Positions 25,432 to 37,579 of a stretch of 64,000 nucleotides of DNA are shown one piece after another. The position numbers and the translations under genes are program-made. The notes below the pieces were generated by a model. It had not been told where the DNA came from. It was given only the letters and a program-made list of their open reading frames with translations, and made no database searches. The number at the start of each line of letters is the position of its first letter. Within the stretch, counting starts at the first letter, position 1. Origin of the DNA: Pseudogymnoascus verrucosus (taxonomy: Eukaryota); the NCBI GenBank assembly GCA_001662655.1, contig KV460225.1, one strand, 5' to 3'.

Positions 25432-28400
25432 TGTGGTGGTTGGGGGTGGTTGTTTGTGTGTGTGGTGTGGTGTGGTTGTGGATGAGGTGAGGTGAGGTGA
25501 GGTGGGTGAGAGGGTTGATTAAATATGTTTGTGAGCGATGGTGTGAAGTTGATGTGATGGTGATGAGACAACGTTTGGTGCGTGCTATGGCGAACAGGCA
25601 AGGCTGGAGAGGAAGATTGACGACAGGTGAGGTGCAGATGGTATCATTCCCTTCGGCGAGGCAGGTGCAGGAGTAGTAGTAGCGGCGGTATTGGCTGCAA
25701 GGCAGTAGAGATAGATTGATGCGATGTCGATGTTTATGTTCGTCTTGTTTGTATGAAGAAAGAGAAGAGGGTGCGGCGAGATAAGTTATATTAAAGCAAG
25801 GCGACGATGGACGGAGATGGATGAAAGGGATGTTAAGAATAAATATTTCTTTGTGGGTAAGGTGAGGATGACGGTTGGGAGTGAGTCGGAGTGGGGGGGA
25901 GGCGAATTTGGTTGCTTGGAGTAGAAATGTTCGTGGGTTTCACGGGGTGGGGACGAGGGTGAAGATATACAAAAGCTGGATAGGTTGAGGAGAGTGAGTT
26001 GAAGGGAGGGAGGGGTGGAGATAGTGTGGAGGCGGATGAGTTGTGGTGTGAGGGGAGGGGTGTGTGGGATGGGGGTGGATGGATGGATGGGGGGGCTTGT
26101 GGATAGATTTTGGCGTGCTTTTTAGGTACTTTGGGGTGATTGATGGGTGAAGGAGGATAACTGTAGACAAGCGTGGACATTCATAGACAAGCGTAGATGG
26201 GAAGGGTGGGGATGAGCGTCGTGGATGAGGGTAGCAGGTGCAGCTTGCAGGAAGTGGAGACAAGACAGGGGTGGGGACAGAGAGGAGGGTGGGGTGGAGA
26301 CAGAGAGCAAAGAGGAGAGAGAGTACTGTAAGAGAGTGGAGACAACTTTGAACGATGTTACTCCCCCTGCTAGTCCCTTCTCAGATAAGTTTAGCGGGAT
26401 TATGGAAAAGGGAGGGAGGAAGGGAGAGGGGGGAAGGGTGCGGGCAGGGGGAGGGAAGAAAGGGAAGAAAGGGAAGAAAGATGGTGCAGAAAGTTGGGTA
26501 CCTTTGTAGATTTAATGTGGGGAATCGAAGGAGAAAGAGTGGGGTTGGCTGTAGACTAGTATGTACTAGCATCAGTAGCGTCAAAATGGACAGACAAGAG
26601 AGCAAAAAAGGACAAAAGAGACAAGTCTTGGCGATGGGGACAGGGCGTGTGCGCGAGGTAGTACAGATATTAGCACATAGCACAGATATTCTAAGCGGCA
26701 CGGGGTAGGAGAGAGAGGGGGGTAGGAGAGAGAGGGGCAGACAGACAGACAGACAGACGAAAGAGCGAAGAAAGAGCAGTAAAACGAATGTCTGTACTCT
26801 GTACTACTCCCCCTCCCCTTCGTACGCTTAAGATTTCAACAAGGGGTCACACGAGCAAGGGTATATGACCAAGCAAGCCAGCGAGCAGGGATTCATAACA
26901 AAAAGCGCGCAAGGTTGTCTCACCCATACCCATAAACCAGAAGAAAGAACGCGCAACCACAACGCAGCCAGCCAGGTACAGGAGAAACAAGGCCAGGCAG
27001 GCGCGGAACATCCTAAAATACCTATTTTTTTCTCTCCATTTCGGTGTGTGTGGGTTGGTACAGGCAGGTGCAGCATCAAATGGGTGTGTGAGTGGTATGT
27101 CCAGTCATAAGTATCCCCGTACCTACCACTCCCCTCTCCCTGCTCCCTTTCCTCCACAAGGGCCACCCCCGTCCCCGCAGCCGTGTCGACAAGTGCTTGG
27201 CTAACTAAAGCTGTCCTCTCGCTCCACCCCCAGTCTCTCCCCTCTCCCTCTCTCCAGTTCCACTGCCACTAACACCTGCACTACACCGCATCCATCCAAA
27301 ACCTGACCCACTAGCGAAACAGCTCAGCTGCAGGGTTAGGTACGGTACACACAGACACACACATTTACGATCCCCTACGCCCCAAAAGTGTCTCACACCA
27401 CCCACACCCACAGCGCGTTGTAAGCGAGTCGACTCACGAGTAGGCGAGGGGGATGGGGGTGTGCTACATCGCTGTTTGTGATTGGTCCTTTCTTCCTCTC
27501 CTGGGTGGCAGCTGCACACCGTGATTGGCCAACGAACTGAATGATTACCCCACTTCTTCTGGTTGAGGGGGGTCCACGGCGCGCGCCTGGACGGGTGGGC
27601 GTTGTCTAGATGGGGATAAGTGCGTTTTGGTGCAGCAGGTGCCTTTGAACCAGGTAGAGAGGCAGACAGCGGGAGTGGGGCCATGGGCATGGGCATGGGC
27701 GTGGTGCAGCACCCACTGTAAAATGGAATGTGAGGTGTCGTGGCGGAGGGGGCGCCAATCCCTCTTTCCTTCTCTCTCTTCTGTGCTTCTGTGCGCCGCT
27801 GGATGCGGTGGTGGGGTTAATAAGGACAGAGACAGAGGAAGCAATCAAGCACCCAACGCTCCTGTCCTGTCCTGTCCCTCTGTGCAGCAGCGGAATATGC
27901 GCGCAGAGGGTCCCCGCTTGGGTTTGTCAGTTTGTCAGTGCAGACAGGACAGATGGAAGGACGTGCTCTATGCGATCAAAATCAATTTAATATAGTCCGC
28001 CGTACCTGCGAGCGATAGATGATGCTGTGTTGTGTTACTTGACGGCTCTCTTCCACCCCTCTCCCCTCTCTCACATCTCCCACCACCACTCACCTACACA
28101 CATTCCCACACGAACACTTCCACCTCCACCAGCACAGCTAAGACAACACCTGCCACCCTTAAACGCGATCAGCACCCCCATCCCACCCACCATATCATGC
28201 TCACCTCATCAATCACCAGCCCTCCCTCCCCCTCCTCCCCCCACGCACCTCACCTCATCCGTTATCATTAATATCAATAAACAATCTCAGCCCTCACAGC
28301 CAACAACCTCAAAAGGTCTCACCCCTCAATCCATCCATCGTGGCATACCTACCCCCCCTGCTACGCGCGGTATGCGCGGATACTCCTCCAGTCTATCTAT

Positions 28401-29453
28401 TTCCCTCCCACCCACCACTCCCCGCACGGTACTCGAGGTGGTCCATGCACACCCCAAGCCCGTCGCCAAGGACGCCTCGGGGGTTGATGACAGCGCTGGT
28501 GATAGGGGGTTGTATAGCGCGCTGCTAACCCCATCGTGGGAAAGTACACTGGTGGTGGTGGCTATAAATTGCGCGTAGCTGGAAGAAGGAGGGTAAGGGT
28601 AGTGGTAGAGATATGGGTGTTCGCCATCGCCGACGCCATCGTCTGTTCGTTTGTGGGTGTCGGGATTTCTGCATCACGCACGCCCACACACACAAATATA
28701 CCCCAGTCCGTCCATTCCCAGTGTGGTGATGGTAATATAAAAGGTACGTATGTACACAATACGCCCGGCGCTAGGAGGGACGCAGGACCGATTCTAACTT
28801 CTCTCGCTGTGTCTCTAACTCCTCTCGCTATCCCCTGCTATACTATATTGCGATAGCGCGATAGTAGATACAGCTATTTCGAGGCAAGTACGTACAAAAA
28901 GTGGGGGTGCCACCTCCCCTACCACCTCCTTCACCCAGTCACATCCCTCATAGCCCATCGAGAGTGGGGGAGATATTCGAGAGATCGGTGATGGGCGATC
29001 AGGGTGTGTGGGTACGTTTCCTCATTCTGACAATCTACTATACTGTGGACTCCACTATCAATCTGGCGATAATCTATACTATAGTTGAGAGAGCATCGAG
29101 GCCAGCACGGTTTAGGAAGGGATGAGAGGGTTGATTTGAGTTTCTTCGATGATGATCTGAGACGTTGGGGAGAGAGAGGACGTGCGTTGCGTTTGTTGAT
29201 CGGAGGGGGCTTAAGATGGTAGGAAGGGCGAGATTGCGTATGCGTATATGTACGTGGATATGAATATGGTTATGGATTGTGGATTGTGGATATGGACATG
29301 GACATGGAATGAACAGAACAGACTCTGATTATCTGACTCTCGCTTCAAGAGTCTATCTGCACCCTCAATAAACTCCCTCATTTACAGAACTGTACTCACT
29401 CACTCACCCCTCGCTTGCACGAGGCTGTGGCAGGAACCACCACGCAACCCAAG

Positions 29454-29519
29454 AGAGACGAGACAGACGAGCGAGACAGACGAGCGAGACAGACGAGCGA
29501 GACAGCCGAGCGAGACAGC
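29454..29519 (+). repeat. 13-bp minisatellite GAGACAGACGAGC (about 4-5 copies)
   Basis: Read directly from the sequence. Confidence 0.9.
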
Positions 29520-31725
29520 CGGATGCGGAAAGACATTTCAATCAATCCTAACACACACACATCTTACCCTCCCATGTCTAACAATCCCAACACATCTCAC
29601 ACCTTTAACTCTCACACTTCTCACACTTCTAACCCTCCTTCCCCTCCCGCTCTCAGCCCCAGAGACACACAGCCAGCCGTCTGCCAACCACGCTGACGCC
29701 TCCTCCTCTCCCCAATCCCAATCTCAGACACAGACGCAGGCGCAGGCGCAGTAAAACGCCATACAGACAAGACATATGTCTCACCTGCATCTGCATCTGC
29801 ACTTCGTTCGGCTCCAATCTGCACCGAAGGCTTTGGGTCCCTTCCCGTACCAAGGACGAGCACGAGGAGGACCCCGCTGGTGCGCGTCGTGGTAGTCTGA
29901 CGACCCAACGATCCTGTGTTGTGTTGGCGTCATTGGTGGCGAGCTAGAAACTTACTGTATGGGATTCTTGGTGGTGTTGCGATTCCTCATGATCGTGGGT
30001 GTACTGTAGTCATCTTGATTGGGGTTTGAAGATGGGGGTTACTGGTTGACTGCTGGGTTGATGGCTGGCTGGATTGGATTGGATCGACTTTTAATGAACT
30101 GCACAGTCGATGATGGCGATGATGATGACGATGACGAATGAGGGAAGAAATAAAAAAAGCCTCCCGTCAACGCGCAGCATCTCCTCGCCTTGCTGGGTGC
30201 GATGGCGTGGGTTTCTGACACCATCGTCGAGGCCAACAACCAGTGAGGTTGCGTGTCTCCCTCCCATCCCTCCTACTCTCCTGTATGTAGACAGGAGCGC
30301 AGCTGTGCCATGTGCATCATCGGCCACCCAACTATCCAACCACCGATCTATCCACCCACCCAGCCAGCCATGTTCCAACAAAGTAAAGTAAGTAAGGTAA
30401 TATGCAAGCAACCCATCGCAAACACATCGCGAACCATCCCATCCCACCATCCAGTATCCAAACAGTATCACCCAGGGTGTATGGGCGCTAACACCGCATC
30501 CTCTCACATGCGCGTCATTCCCTTGCCCCCTGCCCTGTCCTGTACTGTACTGTTCTTATGCCCTGTCCTGTATGCCCTTGTCACTCTCCCTCTCCCCTCT
30601 ACCCTGTCCTAGTCCAGTCCTTGTCCTGGTCCTGTATGCCTGGCTGCCTGGCTGCCTCGGACGCCTGGCTGGCTATGTATGTCCGTGTCAATGTCGTCTG
30701 TGTGTACAGCCAGCCCTGCTCGTCCGATCGGAAACTTACCCCCTTTCAGGCAGCTGGATGTCTGTGGTGGCCGGCCCACTCATATCCCGTCCTCTTTATA
30801 CGATATACGCTGCTTGTGCTTGGGATGCTGCGGGAATACGTATGGACATGGCCAGGGAGGGAGGGAGGGAGGGGATTGTATGGGATGTCGGTCGGTCGGC
30901 GATGCGAATGCGAGGGATGTGTATTGTACGTACATACAGGAGGTCGGCGATGCAAATGCAGATGCGATGCGAACACGGGAGTGAGGGATATGTACACTTC
31001 TTTCCACTCCTATCCCTCCTATCCTCTATTCCGAGTACGTACACACCACCCCTTGGCAACACCACGGTACGGTACGGCTATCTAAAACCAAAATATACTG
31101 TACGTACTGTGGTATACGTACTGTACTGTACTGCCCTGTACCGTAATAAAAGGGTTACAGTACAGCGGCAAGCCAAGGCAAGGCCCGTGATCGACCTGCC
31201 CGTGGGCTCGTGCAGTGGCGAGACGAGACGGCGGCACGGCACGGGGGCAGGTATAGGGGACTGACGGTGGCGAATTAATGACGAATTTTTCGGGTTGAGA
31301 GAGAGAAAACCAAGCATGGAAGAAAAAAAATGTTGAGATTGGGGAGAGGGTCCGGATATCGGGCGGGTGTAGATTGAGAGTGTAGTGTAGTGTAATTATT
31401 GGGTGGCGATGAGGGTGTGAGGGAGAGGCGGGTGAGGGTGGGTGGGTGTACAGAAGTAAGGGGCGATGGACAGAGGGTGTGTAGTAAAGCAGATCGTGAG
31501 GAGTGTCATGAGACACACATGCACCAGCAGTAGTATCGATATCGGCGTGGGCGGCAGAGGCGAGAGAGGTGGGTGGTGGGTGGTGGGTGGTGGGTGGTGG
31601 GTGTGTAGCTGACGAACAGGTGGACGGGTATGGCGGAATGGCGGAAGTGCGTTGACCACATCAACCACATCAACCCATTAATTGTTAATCTATCTACCCT
31701 ATCCCATATACTGTATCCATATACT

Positions 31726-31773
31726 GTATGTATGTATGTATGTATGTATGTATGTATGTATGCATGCATGTAT
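31726..31773 (+). repeat. (GTAT)n microsatellite
   Basis: Read directly from the sequence. Confidence 0.95.
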
Positions 31774-32199
31774 GCGCTATATCGCATGCGCCATCGGTCA
31801 TCGCCATTTAATAGTCGCGCAAGATATGATATTAAATCTAGACTTTGATTTTTAATATATTTTTTGTGGATTAATATATATTCACTCGACAGAAATATAT
31901 ATCACTCAACTCAAGCTAATATAATTCTAACCCCCCACTCTTCTAAAAAATAATGAGCACATTAATCTATGACACAATAAGCTCAGTCGAGATCATGCTG
32001 TGTACCCTACGTAAAGAAATAAAAACCTGTCATTGTTTGAGTGTGTTTGTGTGATACCTCGCTGGATTCGTAGGTGTCGCGGATAGAGTAGAAGGGGGTA
32101 TAGTAGTAAGTCAGCCAGCTTGGTCTGGACTTTCTCAGGCTGAGAGATCGACAGGAGGTGTGGCAGATGCAGTGCACGTGACCAGACACCACACCTATG

Positions 32200-33325
32200 A
32201 ATCCGCGCAAGAAGCGCAACTAAACAGCCCATCTGCGCATTCTCGGTGAGGTCGGCCGCCGTGATGGCAGCCTTAGGTGCTGTCTACCTTCATAGCCTTT
32301 CTCTCCCCTCTCTCCTGCTATCTAAGCCTTGTAGCAGCCTAAGCCCGTGGCGGTGCCGCCATCTCACATAAGCGCACCGCCACACGCCGAAAATGCGCAA
32401 AAGCGCACACCGGCCGACGCTTATGCGCATTTTCGGTGCTACCTACTGCCGGACGCCGCTGTGAGCAGCCAGCCTTGCCTGCACCCCCTCGTAGCCTTCT
32501 CTCCCTGTGTCTCCTCCCCTTTGTGCCTTATAGTTTGCCTAAGGCAGACTAACTGTGGTGGTGCCAGCCTGCACCGCCACAGTCCTAAAACCGCGCACAA
32601 GCGCACGAAAAGTGACGCTTGTGCGCATTCTCGGTGCTGTCGGCCGCCGTGAGGCGGCCACCCTTCACATCAGCCTTAGAGTAGTCAACAAGGCTGGTGT
32701 AAGGCTGTGTGTGCAAGGTGTGACAAAGCGCCACATCTTGCACCGCCACACCCCTAAAAGTGTGCAAAACCTCTACTCACTAGGAGGTTTTGCGCACATT
32801 TCGGTGTTGTCGGCAGCCGTGAGCTGCTTGCCGCCTTGCTCACGGCGCGGTGACAACCTTTGCCGCCTCCACTCCTCCTCTCCTCCATACCTTACATAAG
32901 CGCCAAGCCTGTGGTTTTGCGCACTTGTTGCACTCCTTGCGACAAAGTGCGCAAAATCGGCCGGATAATAATCCGAGCCGGCTACCGCAATGAGCTCATT
33001 GCGCCAGCCGGCTCGGATTAACTCACGGCCGGTTTAGCACAACGAGCGCACTAGAAGCGACTCGTTGCGCGAAATCGGTCGTATATTGATCCGGCCAGCA
33101 CCACGAGTCACTCGGTGTGCTCATAGTGCCGGCCGGATTATCCCATAACCGATTTTACGCACTTCTTGCACGCACTGCAATGAAGTGCGCAAAACCGGCT
33201 GGGCATTATTCCGAGCCGGCGCAAGAGCTCACACCAAGCGACTCATTGCGCCGGCTTGGAAAAACGCATGGCCGGTTTTGCGCAACGAGCCCACAGGATG
33301 CGACTCGTTGCGCAGAATCGGCCAC
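32200..33325. repeat. Palindromic hairpin array: four ~170-200-bp units followed by seven ~60-bp alternating A/B hairpin units
   Basis: TGCGCA(T/C)TTYTCGGTG units at ~32234, 32423, 32622, 32792; stems such as TAATCCGAGCCGGCT/AGCCGGCTCGGATTA (32969-33020) and TGGCCGGTTTTGCGCAACGAG/CTCGTTGCGCAGAATCGGCCA (33269-33324). Confidence 0.85.
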
Positions 33326-33399
33326 GCGTTCCTCCGTGCCGGTGAGCGCGAAACTATCCGAGACAAAAGGAAAAGGTATCTATCACATCTATCATCCAT

Positions 33400-33880
33400 A
33401 TACTTCCGCATATAGACAAGACATCTCATCCCCCTCCCTCTCCCTCTCGTATACACGAGACATCACCATCCACCTCCCACGCGCTCTCCCTCCCTCCCTC
33501 CCGCAACGGTAGGTAGCGGCAGGAGCGGCACGCCGTATATTCCATGGAAGGCGCAGCAGCAGTAAGACAAAGACAAACCACCTATCCCCTCGCTTCTAAG
33601 CAAGACATCTATCTTATCCTTCCACGCCACGCGCTCTCCCCCTCCCTCCCGCAACGGTAGGGGAATGGCAGCGGCAGGTGCGGCACGCCGTATAACCCAT
33701 GACGCAGGAGTAAGACAAGGGAGAAGAAAGTACCTATCCCCTCGTTTACAGTTGAGCGAGACATACATCTCATTCATCTTTCCATCTTTCCATCCATCCA
33801 TCCCACGCTCTTCCCATCCCGCACTCACACACCCCTCCATCCCTCCCGCAACGGCACAGCGGCAGCGTCGGCACAGACCA
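33400..33880 (+). repeat. Diverged tandem repeat, ~150-200-bp unit, about 2.5 copies
   Basis: CCCTCCCGCAACGG..AGCGGCAG..CGGCAC at ~33496, ~33644, ~33841; GCACGCCGTATA..CCATG..AGTAAGACAA in copies 1 and 2. Confidence 0.85.
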
Positions 33881-34302
33881 GGTGATTATCCCGTAAATAG
33901 CCTGGAACACTCAATTCATTACTTTACTCACACACGCTCGCATGGCTCGCGTATTTCCTCCCCTTCGAGAGGCGTGTCTTGGCGATGTGCCGAGAGGTGG
34001 AGGTGTCTGAGAGCTGCGTGGCCTTGCTAAGACGGGTGGGGTGGAGAGGGGAGGTGTTGTGAGCTAGGGGTGTATGGAGCTTTGTTTAGTAGCTTCATGG
34101 TGGCTCGGGGGTATTGTGATGGGAGGGAGGGCGCGGGGTATGGGGATAGTTGGGTGCACGGTGCGGAGGGTGGTGGCTGGGGATGGATAGGGGGAGGGGG
34201 GTAGGTGATAGTGTTCTTTCGGGGTGGGCGAGGATTGTGGGGGAGAGAGGGGGGGAGTTTGGTTTATGTTTGGTAATTGTTGCGGGTTAGTGTTTCTATT
34301 TG

Positions 34303-34410
34303 TTAGTAGTGTCGTTTGTGGTGTTAGTAGTGTTAGTAGTGTTGTGTTAGTAGCGTTTAGTAGTATTAGTTGCGTTGGTAGTGTTAGTAGCGTTAATAGC
34401 GTTAGTAGTG
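34303..34410 (+). repeat. Degenerate GTTAGTAGT-type short tandem repeat
   Basis: Repeated GTTAGTAG(T/C) units read directly. Confidence 0.75.
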
Positions 34411-37014
34411 CGATTTGTAACTGTGGAGGAAGCAACATCACAGCAGCAAGTCCAGCCGGGCTAAGCCACTACTTGACCTGGGGAACTGTGGAGAAGTAAT
34501 TATAAACTGTCACCGAGGCATCTGAAACGGGCGTAGAGGATTGTGGGGAACTCGATTTTTTCTCATCAAACTCGCACAAGCAGTATGTGGGGAACTGTAC
34601 GCTTTCTGTACTACTCGTATGTAAGAGCTGGCTAGTTCCAACGAGGGGAAGTATGGAAGTGGGGTAATGTTGGGAAAATGTATGAGCTGGCCAATTTTGA
34701 TGAAGTGGATTGATTGATTGATTGATGATGCTTGCGACTGATCGCTGCTGGCCGCCGGCCGCCGCCGTTTCGTTGTACCTACCTTGCCATTGTGCGCACG
34801 GTAGATGAGCTGGGGAAGCTAGACTCTGGGGGGAGGTGGGATGCATGACATGGCTCTGATTACACGACCTGGTCGACATCTACGATGGGCGAGGTGCATG
34901 ACAGATGTTGCAGTCGGTAAGCTCGGCCGTCGCGCTGGGTTGGTGGCTTGAGGGGGAGGACGAGGGGGTGAGATCAGAAAGTGAGGGTGATCACCACTTT
35001 GCGACTGAGGTGATCACGGGGATAGCCGTCAGAGATGGGGGGTGGGAAAGGAGAGTTGCTTTTGGAACGCCACTACCACTATAGCCACGCGCTATACAGA
35101 TGACAGGCATTGATGTGATGTGTGGAGGGATGGGGGCGGGACAGCATCTCCTACTCTCCTATGGTGGTATCCGGCAGTTCAATCAGAGTGACATCCTCCC
35201 CCACAGTTCATGCTGTCGTCGTCGCATTCCCCATACCCATCACCACCACGGCGGCATCTACCGTCTGCATTCAATCCATCCCATTGCAGAAAAATAAAGA
35301 AAAGAAAATCAATACACCAGCCAGTCCCTGCCGCCCTCACATTCATGCACGCACGGCACACCCAACAACCCTCCCTCCCGACTAACACACACAAAGTCTG
35401 ACCGTGTAACTCCCCCCCGCCGATCCCCCTTCCCTCCCGAGACAAACGGCCTCTCCACCACCAAATAACCACCCCCCTCAACATCCGCATCGAGCCACAC
35501 GCAGCACCTGAAGCTGACCGACGATCCAGCGGGCGCGTAGCACAGAAACGCCTCCCTCAGCCCCCAGCACAGCACGGCTATCTCCACGCCCACAGCGTCG
35601 CACAACGCGCCTGCCCCTATTCCAGTCCAGGCCACCACAGCCAGCCAGCCAGTCCAGACCAGCCGTGTGTCCGTCGCACAAACCACCACCACCGTACTGT
35701 CCCAGGTTAATCCCACCACCCCACCATGGATAGCGTTGCCACACACACTGTCGCACAGCGCAGGATGGGGATCCTATCACAGCATCACCCGGAGCTGCCG
35801 CGCTGACGGTACCAAGATCTAAAATCGCCGACGACCCGGCGTGGCGTCGCGCTCCCGGTCTCGGGGTCCTGGGTTCGGGAGAGTAAGCTGACGGTGGGAC
35901 GAACCCGACCCGGAGGACGGGAAGGGGGGTGGTGATTGTGATTGCGGCGTGATGACTGGTGTGATGACTGGTATGATGACTGGTGTGATGAACCTCCCAA
36001 CGGCGCTGCGCGCGGATATGCTAAATTCCCCATCCATACGCTTGGGTCTGTTCCGGCGGTACTGCACAGTACAGTACAGGACGGTAAGTTGCAAGTCTCA
36101 CCTCTCACGGCTGGGCGCTTTCAAGCGCGTGGCCTCCTTTCCCTCCGTCACCCGGTCCCATAGTCGGGGGAGTCCGTATCCAATGCAAAAGAATGCACGC
36201 ACGCACGACCCGTGTCTCGGGAGGGAGAGAGGGAGTGTGCTCGGATCTATATACGAGATACGGTGCATACGGTGGGTGCGCGTGGGAGTTGTCACATATC
36301 ACATTTCACATCTCACTCTCATCTCGTTTCTTTCCCTCTGTGCTCAGCCCCCAACCCGTCCGTTGCCGCTCCACGTTTTCGGGGTTCGTTGGGTCTGCTG
36401 CGGCGTGCGTAGGGCGGCTGGGGGCGGGGGGGGGGGAGGTTGGTCACATATCATTTTTTTTTATCTTTGGGGAGGACGGGGCTGAGCTGAGCACGTTTTC
36501 GGGGCCACATCTCATATTCACACGCTCGGGTGGACACGTTTTTCGCGAGTCTTGAGAGTCTGTTTTGGGGATGTGGGCTGTCACATATCACATTTATATT
36601 TCGGCCTCATTGGAAGGTACACACGGTAGGGCACGTTTTTGCCATCCCATTCCGCATTCGAATTGTGGACTGTCGTATATCACATTCATTTTATGTCCAA
36701 GACACGTTTTATTGCCGTCCATTTTCGGGAAGTACCCCTATCCATCACATTTCACATCTCTTGTTTTTTGCGGCAGCAAGGGTGAGAACACGTTTTTCCT
36801 GTTCGGCCGTTTTCGGGGGTGCGCTGCTGGGATGGGCTGTTCTATCATATCTCGTAAAAAGCCTATGTATGTGATCTGCTGCTGCGGGAGGACACGTTGT
36901 TGGGGCGTCCCTGCTGCGGATGGATGGATGGTAGGTATCACATCTCTCTTTTGGGAGGGTGAACACGTTTCTGGGCGTTGAGAAGCTTGATCTGGGCATG
37001 TATAGGATCTTGTT

Positions 37015-37365
37015 GGAATTCTGCATTTTTCACGTTTCCCCCCCTTACTTCCCCAATATCCATCACAACATCCCATAGCGCAGTCATGATCTCGTTTTCA
37101 CTGTTGTGGGAATTCTGCATTTGTCACGTTCCCCCCCTTAGTTCCCCAATATCCATCACAACATCCTATAGCTCAGTCATAATCAAGTTTTCTCTCTTGT
37201 GGGAATTCTGCATTTGTCACGTTCCCCCCCTTACTTCCCCAATATCCATCATAACATCCCATAGCGCAGTCATAATCACGTTTTCTCTCTTGTGGGAATT
37301 CGGCATTTGTCATCCCCCCTCCCCCCTTACTTCCCAATACCCACCAACCCATCACAGCATCCCAG
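37015..37365 (+). repeat. 93-bp minisatellite, about 3.7 copies
   Basis: GGAATTC.GCATTT starts at 37015, 37109, 37202, 37295, each followed by CCCCTTA(C/G)TTCCC(C)AATA. Confidence 0.93.
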
Positions 37366-37579
37366 AGCTCAAGCTCAGTAACACCACCTCTGCCCGGTCC
37401 AACACCCCAACCCCAACACCACCCCCCTTACCTCCCCAACTCCCCAACCATTCTTCCAACCCGGTGACCGGTACACGCACCAGCGGCGTGAACCCATCAC
37501 AGCGGTATCCCCCCCTTAAGAAACGTGCCTATGCGTCGCTGTATCCCCTATCGCGGGAGTTAATACACGTTTTGAGCGT

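Noticed and set aside
32200..33325. CRISPR array interpretation
   Set aside because: Fungal DNA, no cas genes, degenerate repeats and spacer lengths outside the CRISPR range; kept as a hairpin array
21821..36981. Dozens of 60-240-aa ORFs in the desert other than Ecl1
   Set aside because: Low-complexity, overlapping on both strands, often non-ATG starts, no recognisable motifs or splice support
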